Positions 54,290-64,000 of a DNA stretch of 64,000 nt are shown in pieces (position 1 is the stretch's first letter; every line of letters begins with the position of its first letter). The translations under genes were made by a program, and so were the position numbers. The notes beneath the pieces are model-generated. The model was not told the origin of the DNA. It made no database searches and saw only the letters and a program-made list of their open reading frames with translations. This DNA is from an archaeon (lineage in GTDB: Archaea > Micrarchaeota > Micrarchaeia > Norongarragalinales > UBA97): the NCBI GenBank assembly GCA_020057405.1, contig JAGVFW010000008.1:1-64000 (forward strand), read 5' to 3'.

Positions 54290-55702
54290 ATGCGACGAAC
54301 TAAAATCGTGTGTACCGTAGGTCCGGCGTGCGACGACCCAAGGCACCTCTTGGGGCTTGTTGAGCACGGGATGGATATTGCGAGGCTCAACATGAGCCAC
54401 GGAACGCTAGATGAGCACGCAAGGCGAGCGAAGCTCGTTCGCGAGAACGCCGAGAAACTAAACCGCACGGTCGGCATCCTCTTTGACATCCGGGGGCCAA
54501 AAATCCGCACTGGCCTGATGAAGGGCGGAAAAATGCATCTCAAGGAAGGCACGAAACTCACCCTCACCACTGAAAAAGTGCTTGGCGATTCGACAATTAT
54601 CCCGATTGACTACCCGTCGTTTTACGGCATGGTGACACAGGGCCAGCAGATTTTCCTCTCCGACGGCATGCTGGAACTTAAAGTTGAGGAAGTCAAGGAA
54701 AGCGGAGTGAAGTGTAAAGTCGTCATCGGGGGAGACCTCTTTGACCGAAAGGGCGTCAACCTGCCGGGTGTCGACCTCAACATGCCGGTATTGAGCGAAA
54801 AAGACAAGCGCGACGTCGAATTTGCAGTCAGCCAGGACGCCGACTTCATCGCCCAGAGCTTCGTCGGAAACGCCCAGGACGTGCGTGACCTGCGCAAGCT
54901 TTTGCACAAGCACGGGAGCGAGGCCTGGATAGTCGCCAAGATAGAGAGCGCCGAAGCGTACCATAACATTGACGAGATTATTGCCGAAGCGGACGCGGTC
55001 ATGGTCGCGCGAGGCGACCTGGGCGTGCAGCTGCCAAGCGAGGACATTCCAATCATGCAAAAGACGATAGTCAGCAAGTGCAACGCCGCTGCAAAGCCCG
55101 TCATCATCGCCACGCAGATGCTTGAGAGCATGACGAACCTGCCGCAGCCCACCCGCGCCGAAGTGAGCGACGTGGCAAACGGCATTCTTGACGGCGCCTG
55201 CGCCCTGATGCTTAGCGGGGAGACTGCAAACGGCAAGCACCCCGTACGCGTGGTCGAGGTTATGGACCGCATTGCGAGGAAAGCTGAAGCAACTCTACTG
55301 CGCTACGAGCGCGCAAAGGACTTTGACGGGGTAAAGATTACGGGCACTGCTCAGAGCGTGAGCAAGAGCGTGTGCTCGACCGCAAGGGACCTGCACGCGA
55401 ACGCCATCGTACTTTACACCCACAAGGGGCACACGGCCCGCTTTACCGCAATGTACCGTCCCTTCACGCCCATTATTGGTGCGACCAGCTCGGAACAGGT
55501 GATGCGCAAGCTCTCAATCGTGTGGGGCGTGCACCCGGTTCTCATCAAGGAACCGAAGACCACCGACGAGCTCATCGACTCGTGCGTCGAGGTGGCCAAG
55601 CAAATGCACCTCGTTGGCAAGGGTGACAAGGTCGTCATCGCGGCCGGCGTGCCAGTGCAGGAACCCAGCCACACTAACTTGATGAAGATTCACGAAGTTT
55701 AG
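54290..55702 (+). CDS. pyk: Pyruvate kinase
   Basis: RRTKIVCTVGPA, ARLNMSHG, GPKIR, AKIE, MVARGDLGV, ATQMLESM, PTRAEVSDVAN, MLSGETA. Confidence 0.98.
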   Translation: MRRTKIVCTVGPACDDPRHLLGLVEHGMDIARLNMSHGTLDEHARRAKLVRENAEKLNRTVGILFDIRGPKIRTGLMKGGKMHLKEGTKLTLTTEKVLGDSTIIPIDYPSFYGMVTQGQQIFLSDGMLELKVEEVKESGVKCKVVIGGDLFDRKGVNLPGVDLNMPVLSEKDKRDVEFAVSQDADFIAQSFVGNAQDVRDLRKLLHKHGSEAWIVAKIESAEAYHNIDEIIAEADAVMVARGDLGVQLPSEDIPIMQKTIVSKCNAAAKPVIIATQMLESMTNLPQPTRAEVSDVANGILDGACALMLSGETANGKHPVRVVEVMDRIARKAEATLLRYERAKDFDGVKITGTAQSVSKSVCSTARDLHANAIVLYTHKGHTARFTAMYRPFTPIIGATSSEQVMRKLSIVWGVHPVLIKEPKTTDELIDSCVEVAKQMHLVGKGDKVVIAAGVPVQEPSHTNLMKIHEV

Positions 55703-55742
55703 CCCCTGGCCACCTGCTCAAGATTTGAATAATTTCCAACGC

Positions 55743-56789
55743 CTAGGGGGGCATGAACGTGCCGAAGGCGCCGCGCAGGACGCCCAAAGCGGCCAGGTAG
55801 ATGCCAAGCGAGACTAGCACGAACGGCAGGACGTACTTTAGACCCTTGATTGCCTTGCCTTCCTGGATTAGCCCCAAAGACAGCGCCGCGAAGAAGGTGG
55901 TTATGAAGATGTTTGAGAGGGAAAACCAGAAAATGTCCTGGGCCGTAATAGAGTCGGGCGAGCGCTTCTTGGTGGCTGACGCAAACGTCGAGAGAGCACC
56001 AAGGCCTCCGGCCTGGCCTGAGACGCGCTTTGCATCGGAGCTCGATTGCTTGACCTGCTGCGCGAGGACTTTCTCGTTCATCTCGCTGTAGAAAGTCGAC
56101 AGGCTGAATAGTGCCGGGGCTGCAAGCACTGCAGCGAATATGATGAAGATTGCGTACATCATCGTGCTCGTTATGATTTCCTTTTTCAGGAGCTGTTCTG
56201 AGCGGATGTCAACTGCCACCGCGTCAAGGAGGGGCGCCATCTCGCCACCCAGGCGGATGCCCTCGTTGATGAGGCGGATGCTGCGCTCCAGGATGGCAGA
56301 GTGAACGCGCGAGGTCATGCGCGTCAGGCTCTCGGTAATCGGCACGCCTCCGTAGGTGTCGGCACTAACGCGCTTGATTTCGTCGGCCATCGCGCCGAAT
56401 TCGGGGCGCGCCGCGGTCCAGACCGCGTTCTCAAGGGTCATGCCGGCGCGGATGTTTGCGCTGATGATTTGGAGCGCTTCTGGGAGGATGGATTCAATGC
56501 GCTCGGCGCGCGTGTCGGCGGCTATGACCAAAAGCAGGTAAAAACCGGTCAGCGAGAGAGCGAAAACGCCTAGGGGCGTCACGACGAGCAGGATGTTGGT
56601 TTGCGTGATAAACGGCATGATGAAGAACGAGAGGACGGCTAGAAAGAAGGAGAAGAACACTGCAAAGCCCACGTAAATGCGGGGGGAAATGTCGGTGAAC
56701 CCGCCTTGGAGCATGAGCCTGCTGGCCCAGCGGGTGATGCCGCGCGGGAGGATGGCGGAAATTTGGTGGTAAATCCTTTCGAACACCAT
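55743..56789 (-). CDS. Type II secretion/Tad F-family membrane platform protein (TadC/FlaJ-like)
   Basis: LPEALQIISANIRAGMTLE, ARPEFG, GG, multiple TM segments. Confidence 0.9.
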   Translation of the reverse strand: MVFERIYHQISAILPRGITRWASRLMLQGGFTDISPRIYVGFAVFFSFFLAVLSFFIMPFITQTNILLVVTPLGVFALSLTGFYLLLVIAADTRAERIESILPEALQIISANIRAGMTLENAVWTAARPEFGAMADEIKRVSADTYGGVPITESLTRMTSRVHSAILERSIRLINEGIRLGGEMAPLLDAVAVDIRSEQLLKKEIITSTMMYAIFIIFAAVLAAPALFSLSTFYSEMNEKVLAQQVKQSSSDAKRVSGQAGGLGALSTFASATKKRSPDSITAQDIFWFSLSNIFITTFFAALSLGLIQEGKAIKGLKYVLPFVLVSLGIYLAALGVLRGAFGTFMPP

Positions 56790-56791
56790 CG

Positions 56792-57664
56792 TTAGATCAC
56801 CGGGCGGCGGCTGCCGACGAAGTTCATGAAGAAGAGCTGGAAGCCCGTCAGGCCACCCAACACCGCGATGAGCAAGAGCTTGGGCACCACGACGTTAAGG
56901 AGGCCGATGACGACGATGAGCATGGTAAGGCCGAGGCTGGGCACGATGACTGCGGCCATCATGTAAATCATCGTAAAGGGCGACAGCTCCTGCCCGTACT
57001 TGCGGATTTGGTCGATGCGCTCGCGGGTGAGCTCGGCCACCTGCAGCTCGAGCACTATCGCAACGTCGCTGCCGACTTTCAGGGCGTTTGAGATTTGCCA
57101 GAGCACGCGGCGGAACTGCGGATTGGGGTTTGACGTTGTTGACTCGGCGATTGCGTCGAGCTCGGGCACGCCTGAATTGATTTTCTGCACTATTTTTCGG
57201 AATTCCTTGCTGACTTCGCCGTAGTCGGTGCTCACGCTCGCCATCGAGTTGAAGAGCGGCACGCCCGACTTGATTTCAATGAGGAGCTGGCGCACCGCCG
57301 GAATCAGGGTGGCGTCAAGCTCGCGCGACCTCTTGCCGGCAATCACCTGCGGGTAGTAGAGTATGGTGATGAAGGTTGCGAAAAAGACTATTATCATGAG
57401 GGCAAGGCCGAAGGCGAGCATGGAAACGTTGTGGGTGACTACAGCAATGACGACGAAGAGGAGCACGATTGCAAAACTGTTGAAGAACGCGGCGGTAAAA
57501 GCAAGGGCGGCGTAATTGCGTGCGGTGTAGTCGCTCTCGGCCTGCAAAAGCGAGTCGTGCATGAAGGGAAAGAACGCCGAGGTGAAGTAGCCGAAGTTCT
57601 CAAAGTTGTGTGAAAGGGATTCCAGTAGTGGGGCGGGGAGTATCGAGAACGGAATGCGCTTCAT
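56792..57664 (-). CDS. Type II secretion/Tad F-family membrane platform protein (TadB/FlaJ-like)
   Basis: IEIKSGVPLFN, DYGEVSKEF, WQISNALKVG, YMMAAVIVPSLG. Confidence 0.9.
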   Translation of the reverse strand: MKRIPFSILPAPLLESLSHNFENFGYFTSAFFPFMHDSLLQAESDYTARNYAALAFTAAFFNSFAIVLLFVVIAVVTHNVSMLAFGLALMIIVFFATFITILYYPQVIAGKRSRELDATLIPAVRQLLIEIKSGVPLFNSMASVSTDYGEVSKEFRKIVQKINSGVPELDAIAESTTSNPNPQFRRVLWQISNALKVGSDVAIVLELQVAELTRERIDQIRKYGQELSPFTMIYMMAAVIVPSLGLTMLIVVIGLLNVVVPKLLLIAVLGGLTGFQLFFMNFVGSRRPVI

Positions 57665-57671
57665 CCCCCGT

Positions 57672-59165
57672 TCACTCCAGAAGAAGTTTTACAATCTGGC
57701 CCTTCTCGGCCAGGCCGACGACCGAGTCCTTGTCAAGGTAGTAGCCTGCGATGACGCGCCCCACGTCGTTGACCTTCATAATCTGCTTGTCAACCATCGC
57801 TTCAAGGACAGTCTGCTTGCCCTTCATGTCCTCGAAAATTTCCTTCTGAGTCATGCCAGTGTGCAGCATGAGGTCGTTTGAAATGCGGAGTAAATCGCCG
57901 ACTTTGCGCAGCTTGTCCTCGCGCGCGTCAAGCTTGTAGACGATGTTGAGGCTCGCACCGTCATTGGTCTGCAGAAGCTCGGCAATCTCGTAAGTGCGCC
58001 TAACGCCGGTGCGCCTCTGGCGGTACTGGACTAAAATGAGCTGGAGGGACCCGACGAGCATTTCGGGCAGGCTGATTGGCGGGTTGATGAGCCGCTGCTT
58101 GACTTGCGAAGCGTCGTCGGCGTGAAGCGTGCCGTAGACGCTGTGGCCAGTGTGCACGGCCTCGAAGAGGACTTCGGCCTCGCGCTGTCTGCGGATTTCG
58201 CCAAGCACGATTCTATCGGGCCGCATACGCAGGCTGTTTACCATCAGGTCAAGCATCTCAACCCCGCCGCGGCCCTCGGGGTTGGGCTGGCGCGTGCTCA
58301 TCGGCACCCAGTTGAGGAACTCCGGCAGCACGAGCTCGCGCGTGTCCTCGATGGTGATTACGCGCTGGTTGGGCGGGGTGAAGATTAAAAGCGAGTTAAG
58401 CATCGAGGTCTTGCCACTGCCGGTGCCCCCGCCGACGATCATGCTCATTTCGTACTGCATGGCGAGCCAGATGAGTGCGGCTGCGTCGGGGGTAATCGTG
58501 CCGTTGGTGATGAGATTTGAAATCGTCCACGGGTCTTTGGCAAACTTGCGGATGGTGATGGTGTTGCCGTGCGTAGAGATTGGGAAGAGCGTGGCGTTGA
58601 CGCGGTCCCCAGTGCCGAGGTTGGCGTCAAGGAGGGGGCTGAGGTTGGTGATTTGCCTGCCGACGCGGCGGCCGATGATGCTCGAGTAATTGTGAATCTG
58701 CTCCTCGGTCGGGACGTAGATGTTGGACTTTAGCCAGCCGTGGCGCTTGTGGTAGACCCAGACTGGCTCGCGGCTTGAGTTTACGACGAGCTCTTCGAGG
58801 TTCTCGTCCGCCAAAATGAGTTCGAGCTCTCCTAGCCCGAGCATTTCCTGGCTGAGGCGGCCGACGATGATGCGCTCCTCGTCGTCGGTAAGGCCGCTTA
58901 GTTCGGCCCTAACGATTTCGTGCGCCTTTGCGACCAGGCGTTGCTTGACGCGCTCGCCCTCGCGGGGGTCAAGGATTTCGCTTACCTTGATGTTTACCCC
59001 TTCGATGATTTTTTCCTTCAAGTAGTTTATCGCAACGGTCGTCGCTTCCCTCAGGCGCGTGTGGCGGAGCTCGTAGATGCGGACGTACTCGTGCGGCTCT
59101 TCCACGATGGCGACTTCTGCTGGTACGCCCTCGCTTTCTATCTCGTAAGTTTCGAGAACCTTCAT
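57672..59165 (-). CDS. Type IV pilus assembly ATPase (CpaF/TadA/FlaI family)
   Basis: GGTGSGKT, TIEDTRE, SLRMRPDRIVLGEIR, HTGH, TLHAD. Confidence 0.96.
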   Translation of the reverse strand: MKVLETYEIESEGVPAEVAIVEEPHEYVRIYELRHTRLREATTVAINYLKEKIIEGVNIKVSEILDPREGERVKQRLVAKAHEIVRAELSGLTDDEERIIVGRLSQEMLGLGELELILADENLEELVVNSSREPVWVYHKRHGWLKSNIYVPTEEQIHNYSSIIGRRVGRQITNLSPLLDANLGTGDRVNATLFPISTHGNTITIRKFAKDPWTISNLITNGTITPDAAALIWLAMQYEMSMIVGGGTGSGKTSMLNSLLIFTPPNQRVITIEDTRELVLPEFLNWVPMSTRQPNPEGRGGVEMLDLMVNSLRMRPDRIVLGEIRRQREAEVLFEAVHTGHSVYGTLHADDASQVKQRLINPPISLPEMLVGSLQLILVQYRQRRTGVRRTYEIAELLQTNDGASLNIVYKLDAREDKLRKVGDLLRISNDLMLHTGMTQKEIFEDMKGKQTVLEAMVDKQIMKVNDVGRVIAGYYLDKDSVVGLAEKGQIVKLLLE

Positions 59166-60064
59166 CGGCCTCTCCTCTTGATGACGAAGCGCTTGCGAAC
59201 TGAACCCGATTTCGAGCCGGGGCGAAGCTTGAACGGCATTGGTAGCTTGCGCGAGCTTGCGGGAGCTTCCTCTTCCTTTTGCGTCTCCGGACGCGCAGTG
59301 GCTGTTACCGGCGCCAGGGTTTGCTTGGGCTTTTCTTCGCCGGGTTTTTCCCCGCTTGCCTCTGGCTTCTCGCCGAGGATTTCATCCGGCCCGGCTTTTG
59401 GCTCAGTGGCCGGCTTGGAGGCCGCCCCCGGCTTCTTGACTATCAGGATGATGTCAAGCAGGTTAAGCAAAAAGTCGATGATGCCGCTCCTTCCTTTTCT
59501 TGGCGCGGAGGTCGCGCGGGCTTCGATGTGGTCAATGCGAGACCTGAATCCCTTGAGCTTGGAATAGAATTCAGTCTCGCGCTCGCCTAGTTTGCGCACT
59601 TCCGCGCTGAAGCTTTCAAGCTGCTGGAGGGCCAAGTCAACTTCAGTGCGCAGGCGGTCAAGTTCCTCGGCAGTAAAGCCCTCGCGCGACTCAAGGTCGG
59701 CCAAGAGTTTTTCGGAAACGTGAATGCGGCGTTCGATGTCGGTCTCGAAGAATCGGAGCAGGTTCTCGGTAGTCAGGATTTCGCGCTCAAGGCGGCTGAC
59801 TTCCTCGATTGCGCTCGTGCCTTCGTCCTTGTCCCCTAATTCCTGCTTTTGGACTGAGGGCTTCTTCTTTGAGACGAGGCGGATGCCTGAAATCGAGTAG
59901 TGAACGTCAATTAAGCCCGCCTCCTCAAGCAAAAGCGCGAAGCGCTCGACTTGCGCGGGCTTACGCGCGACGGCCTTGGCGGCGTCCTTTAGCGATACGC
60001 TGCCGCTTGCCGCAATGTAGTCGGCCAGCCGGTCGATTACAGTCTGAATGTCTTCCTTAACCAC
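59162..60064 (-). CDS. Pilus-operon leader protein: wHTH-like N-domain, coiled coil, disordered tail
   Basis: IDRL...VSLKDAA...LLEEAGLIDVHY; 4-bp overlap with the ATPase gene. Confidence 0.75.
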   Translation of the reverse strand: MVKEDIQTVIDRLADYIAASGSVSLKDAAKAVARKPAQVERFALLLEEAGLIDVHYSISGIRLVSKKKPSVQKQELGDKDEGTSAIEEVSRLEREILTTENLLRFFETDIERRIHVSEKLLADLESREGFTAEELDRLRTEVDLALQQLESFSAEVRKLGERETEFYSKLKGFRSRIDHIEARATSAPRKGRSGIIDFLLNLLDIILIVKKPGAASKPATEPKAGPDEILGEKPEASGEKPGEEKPKQTLAPVTATARPETQKEEEAPASSRKLPMPFKLRPGSKSGSVRKRFVIKRRGR

Positions 60065-60156
60065 AACAATGGGAATGGACTTTCCGCTATTAAGCCTTGC
60101 GCACTACGGCCCAAATGCCGCCTAGCTTTATAAGAAGCGGCGGAGTAAGAACACCG

Positions 60157-63100
60157 ATGCCGATGCGTAAGGGCATAGTCTTCTCTCTTGACGCAGTGCT
60201 GACGCTGCTAGTGCTCTTGATGCTGGTGCCGCTCTCTAGCTTCTTTAGGCTTGAGACGACGCCGTCTCCCGTGTTCCAAAGCTCGCTGTATTTTCAGGCG
60301 CAGGACGCGATTGACTCTCTTTCGCGAGTGCGGATTTCGGATGTCAGGTCGAATCCGGCGGTTCAGAGTATTTTCGACCAGGGGCTTCTTACGGACGAGG
60401 AATTAAATGCGTCTGTGCTTGACGCCATCGGCGGGCTTTGGGCGATGAACACTACTATTAGCCGGAGTGCGGCGACGAACCTTACCCGCGCCATGCTTGA
60501 CGGGCTGATGCCCCAAAGCGTGCAGTGGGGCTTTGCCGCCGAAGTGCCGGGGGGCGAGGACCTGCTCTACAACACTTCACAAATGCCTTCCGACGCGCGC
60601 GTGGTGTTCAAGAGCACGCGCTACGCGTCCGGCTTCCAGATAAACCAGCCTTCGCGGGGTTACGTCGCACGCGCGGTGTTGGATGCCATCAAGGGCAAGC
60701 AAAGCGCGTCATACGCCTACTTCGGAGGGTTTGTCGGACAGGGCAACGTCACGGCAGCCATTGACGGCGTGCCCGACGATGCGGACGTGAAGTGGATTTA
60801 TGTTGAAGCCGACTTGGGCAGCAACGCCACGGTATTTGTTAACGGCGTTCAGTGCGGCACGCTAAACGTGAGCCGCGATCCCATATTTCAGGCGGCAAAC
60901 GCGACTTACACCGGCGCAGGTTGCTTAAGCGCGGTTGTGAAGGGAGCGGCAAACACGGTTTTTCTTAACTTCAGCGGTTCTGACGACCTGGTCAAGTACG
61001 TTGGCGGCGGTTACGCCAGCATCACTTACTCGACTCAAAAGTTTGCCGACACTTCGGAAAACCGGACACTCTACCGGTTCCCTGGCATCCGTGGCCTCGT
61101 GAATCTGTACGACTCGTTCTACGTGCCCGGCAATGTCACCAATGCGAGTGCCTACGTCCACATCAACACGAGCTACCAGTTCTACCTGCAAATAGGGAAC
61201 GCGACAGTCATCAACTCATCCGGTGCATCCGGCGAGCAAATGATCTTTATTGACAACGCCACGTTTGCGGCCAACATCAGCAAGGCATTCTACGGCGGGG
61301 GAAGCACGCTGAACCCGCTTGACGCGACAAACGTGCCCGTGCGCCTTGGCCTTGCCAACATCCCGCTAAACCAGGCGGCCGACATTTCACTCTCAATAGA
61401 CGTTTCGGGAAGCATGGCAACTTGCGTCGGCGCCAGCGGCATCACCCCGACGAAGAATGAAAACTTTACTGTCGACAACGGCATCCTCTATTGCGGCGCG
61501 GTTTCCTACGCCACGTGCGTGCTGCCCGACTTTGAAACGCGCGTGCAGGGGGCAGTCAACGCGTCCAAGAGCTTTATCGACCACATCATCACCCGCTCGA
61601 TAAACCGCCTGGGAATCGCCGAGTTCACGGCCGCAAGCTCCCGCAACAATTTCGGCAGCCCGCCTGCGGGTTTCTACAACTTCATTCCAACCGGCATTTG
61701 GCCGTGGATGTCGAAGAACTACCCCTACCGCGTGCACCTTGAAATACTCAATAACAACCTCACGCGCCAAATTCCCGCAGGCACGCCTGTAAACTTCAGC
61801 TTCAACCACTCGCGCCTGGCGATTCAAGGCAAGTCTAACGCGAGTGGCTATGACGTGCGCGTGGCGTGGTTTAACACATCACTTGGCACCTACGTCATGC
61901 TCGAGCGCTTCAACACCACCAAATTCAACGACCCGGCGGCGCAGACGACAGTGTGGTTCCCGCTGCAGCAAAACGTGAGTGCCGGTTCCGTTGACTACAA
62001 CTACTTTGTCTACTACGGCAACATGACCGCCACCAACCCGCCCGACGACCCGCGCAGGATTTTCCTGCTCTACGACGACTTTTCAGACGGCGACTACGCC
62101 AACTTCACCAACTGGACTGCCAGGGTGAACTCCACAGTCTGGAACGTCACGTCCGGCAACCTCACCGTCAACGGCAGCAACTACAAGGCGACGATATTCG
62201 CGGGCGATCCAAGCTGGAGCGACTACGCGGTCGAGGCGGACGCGTGGTTCGGGCCGGTAAACAACAACCAGACCGCAAGCGTGTTGCTTTACTTCAACTC
62301 GACGATGACGGGCGGCTATGAAACTACGATGATGGGCGCGGCGCTTGACGACTACCGCAACTACTGGTGGAACGGATTAAACGGCTCACAGGCAAGTTAC
62401 GGCAAGTTCGTGCAGCTCTCAAGCTCAAACCTCGCTAACATCGCCAACAACCGGTGGTACCACTTCAAGACCGGCATCTACGAAAAGTACCTCCGCTCGT
62501 TCCTTGACGGGACGCTCTACAATACCAACTTCAACTCATCTTACTCCTCCGGCCTCATCGGCCTTGGCGCAGGTGGTGGCACGGGCGCGAATAATGCCTT
62601 CGTCAGGTTCAGGAAAGTTTTCGTGCGCAAATGGATTTACCCGGACCCGACGACAACAGTCAACAAGGAAGAGGCGTTTTCGGGAGGGGGCACGACGATG
62701 CTCACACTCGGAATTCTAAACAACGCGAGCGCCAATGTCTTCAAACCGGTGAATAACACGTTCTCCTACGCAAACGGCACGGAAATCGGCAACAACACGG
62801 CAGTGCCATTCATCCCGTTTGACTCTGCAAGCGCCTCAATTGACTGGAACTACACCCCAGGCGTCACTATCGTTAACGCCACCACCGACTACCCGCCTGC
62901 GCCCAACGGCGAGTTCTCGGAGTCTAACGAGTCAAACAACATCAGCGCAAGAATCGTTTTCAAGCCCGACCTGCGCGTGGACTGGGTTGCGATAACGCCG
63001 TTTGCGCCCGTTGCCGGCGCAGTCAATACCTTTACGCTAAACGCACTCGTCATCAATCAGGGGCCGGTTGACGCAAGCAACATCGTAGTGCGATTTACAA

Positions 63101-64000
63101 AAGCATCGGGCGAGAACTCGGGAACATGGGGAGAAACCACGGTATCGCTTGCATCAGGCCAAAGCGCAATGGCGGCGCTAGTGGTTGCAAAGACTTTTGC
63201 AGTAGTGGGCCAGCACAACCTGACTGCAACTGCTGACCCTGACGGCGTTATCGACGAGAGCTACGAGACAAACAACGCCGGTTACGGTAGCATCTGGGTT
63301 GCCGGCAAAGGCAGCGACTACTTCGGCGGCGTTGCAGACAACTACACTGGCCGGGGAACGGCGGGAACGCTTTACTACACGCCCGCAAACGTTTGCGGCG
63401 GCCCGACGACCACGATATTCGGCAACGGCAAGGCGAGGAGCCTGAACCTGACGAGCAACACGCGGTCCCTGAAGGACTTTTTGGCATCATCCAAACCGTG
63501 GTTAAACACCTGCATCTGCTGCGGCGTCAACGCAAGCGTCGAGCTTTTGCGCTCGAACAACGCGGTGCAGCGCACGCGCTCGCTCATCCTCATGACTGAC
63601 GGGCAGCCCAACGTCGACTGCCCGGGAATGCCCGGCAGCACTGGAAATCCAGTCCGCGACTCCATCGTCTCCGCCTGCAACGCTTACAACAACTACAGCA
63701 TCCGCGTTTACACCATCGGCTTTGGCACGCAGACCGGCGGGGAAGTCAACTGGACGCTGCTTAAGGCAATGGCCGACTGCGGAGGTGGCGCTAACTACTC
63801 TGGAGCCAACTCAAGCGAGCTTGAAATCGCGTTCCAGAAAATCATCGAACAAATCCTCAACCAGACGCAGATCCAGCAGGCAATCAACGTGAGCGGCGAT
63901 TATATCACGACGAACTTGTTCCCGGACTCATACATCGACGTCAACTACACTTACAACCGCCCGCCGCCCGCGTTTAAGGAAATCACGCTGCCGATAGAGA
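60157..64000 (+). CDS. Large pilin-like adhesin (class III signal peptide) with split VWA domain, DUF2341-like, ConA-like and CARDB domains; truncated by the window edge
   Basis: Manually translated; open from ATG 60157/60163 to 64000. MRKG/IVFSLDAVLTLL; IDVSGSMA (DxSxS, 61399); GKSNASGYDVR...YYGN; FLLYDDF...WSDYAVEAD...WYHFK; ESNESNN and DPDGVIDESYETNN; TCICCG...LILMTDG...VYTIGFG. Many N-x-S/T sequons. Confidence 0.9.
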   Translation, partial: MPMRKGIVFSLDAVLTLLVLLMLVPLSSFFRLETTPSPVFQSSLYFQAQDAIDSLSRVRISDVRSNPAVQSIFDQGLLTDEELNASVLDAIGGLWAMNTTISRSAATNLTRAMLDGLMPQSVQWGFAAEVPGGEDLLYNTSQMPSDARVVFKSTRYASGFQINQPSRGYVARAVLDAIKGKQSASYAYFGGFVGQGNVTAAIDGVPDDADVKWIYVEADLGSNATVFVNGVQCGTLNVSRDPIFQAANATYTGAGCLSAVVKGAANTVFLNFSGSDDLVKYVGGGYASITYSTQKFADTSENRTLYRFPGIRGLVNLYDSFYVPGNVTNASAYVHINTSYQFYLQIGNATVINSSGASGEQMIFIDNATFAANISKAFYGGGSTLNPLDATNVPVRLGLANIPLNQAADISLSIDVSGSMATCVGASGITPTKNENFTVDNGILYCGAVSYATCVLPDFETRVQGAVNASKSFIDHIITRSINRLGIAEFTAASSRNNFGSPPAGFYNFIPTGIWPWMSKNYPYRVHLEILNNNLTRQIPAGTPVNFSFNHSRLAIQGKSNASGYDVRVAWFNTSLGTYVMLERFNTTKFNDPAAQTTVWFPLQQNVSAGSVDYNYFVYYGNMTATNPPDDPRRIFLLYDDFSDGDYANFTNWTARVNSTVWNVTSGNLTVNGSNYKATIFAGDPSWSDYAVEADAWFGPVNNNQTASVLLYFNSTMTGGYETTMMGAALDDYRNYWWNGLNGSQASYGKFVQLSSSNLANIANNRWYHFKTGIYEKYLRSFLDGTLYNTNFNSSYSSGLIGLGAGGGTGANNAFVRFRKVFVRKWIYPDPTTTVNKEEAFSGGGTTMLTLGILNNASANVFKPVNNTFSYANGTEIGNNTAVPFIPFDSASASIDWNYTPGVTIVNATTDYPPAPNGEFSESNESNNISARIVFKPDLRVDWVAITPFAPVAGAVNTFTLNALVINQGPVDASNIVVRFTKASGENSGTWGETTVSLASGQSAMAALVVAKTFAVVGQHNLTATADPDGVIDESYETNNAGYGSIWVAGKGSDYFGGVADNYTGRGTAGTLYYTPANVCGGPTTTIFGNGKARSLNLTSNTRSLKDFLASSKPWLNTCICCGVNASVELLRSNNAVQRTRSLILMTDGQPNVDCPGMPGSTGNPVRDSIVSACNAYNNYSIRVYTIGFGTQTGGEVNWTLLKAMADCGGGANYSGANSSELEIAFQKIIEQILNQTQIQQAINVSGDYITTNLFPDSYIDVNYTYNRPPPAFKEITLPIE

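Overview
Archaeal chromosomal segment, GC-rich (roughly 55-60% by eye). The gene set and the style of the orphan and surface proteins suggest a DPANN archaeon, probably Micrarchaeota-like (inference). Housekeeping genes: fibrillarin, family-B DNA polymerase, type II Met aminopeptidase, SSB, endonuclease III, geranylgeranyl reductase, gnd, pyk, galT-like, SOD, msrA, peptidases and a histone-fold protein. The left 26 kb is a cell-surface/membrane locus. It holds a DsbA-like oxidoreductase divergent from a ~5,170-aa membrane-anchored protein with ~12 unrecognised ~150-aa repeats and a distal Gly-rich hydrophobic plus A-rich helical tip. It also holds a PsbP/Mog1-like protein, ~8 small membrane proteins, a Walker-A-dead HerA/VirB4-like ATPase and coiled-coil proteins. 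Features absent from the ORF track: a dual-guide box C/D sRNA (44751-44811, minus) whose guides point to 16S positions 1402 and 1051 and imply U at both; a VapC/PIN remnant; an IS200/IS605-type end hairpin; and a >1,280-aa pilin-like VWA adhesin running off the right edge, divergent from a Tad/type IV pilus operon. Also present: a free-standing LAGLIDADG endonuclease gene that appears to have replaced the 3' part of sod, and a tandem pair of Hsp90/GHKL ATPases, one fused to an HExxH motif. No tRNA, rRNA or CRISPR array was seen. All calls come from reading motifs by eye; no searches were run.
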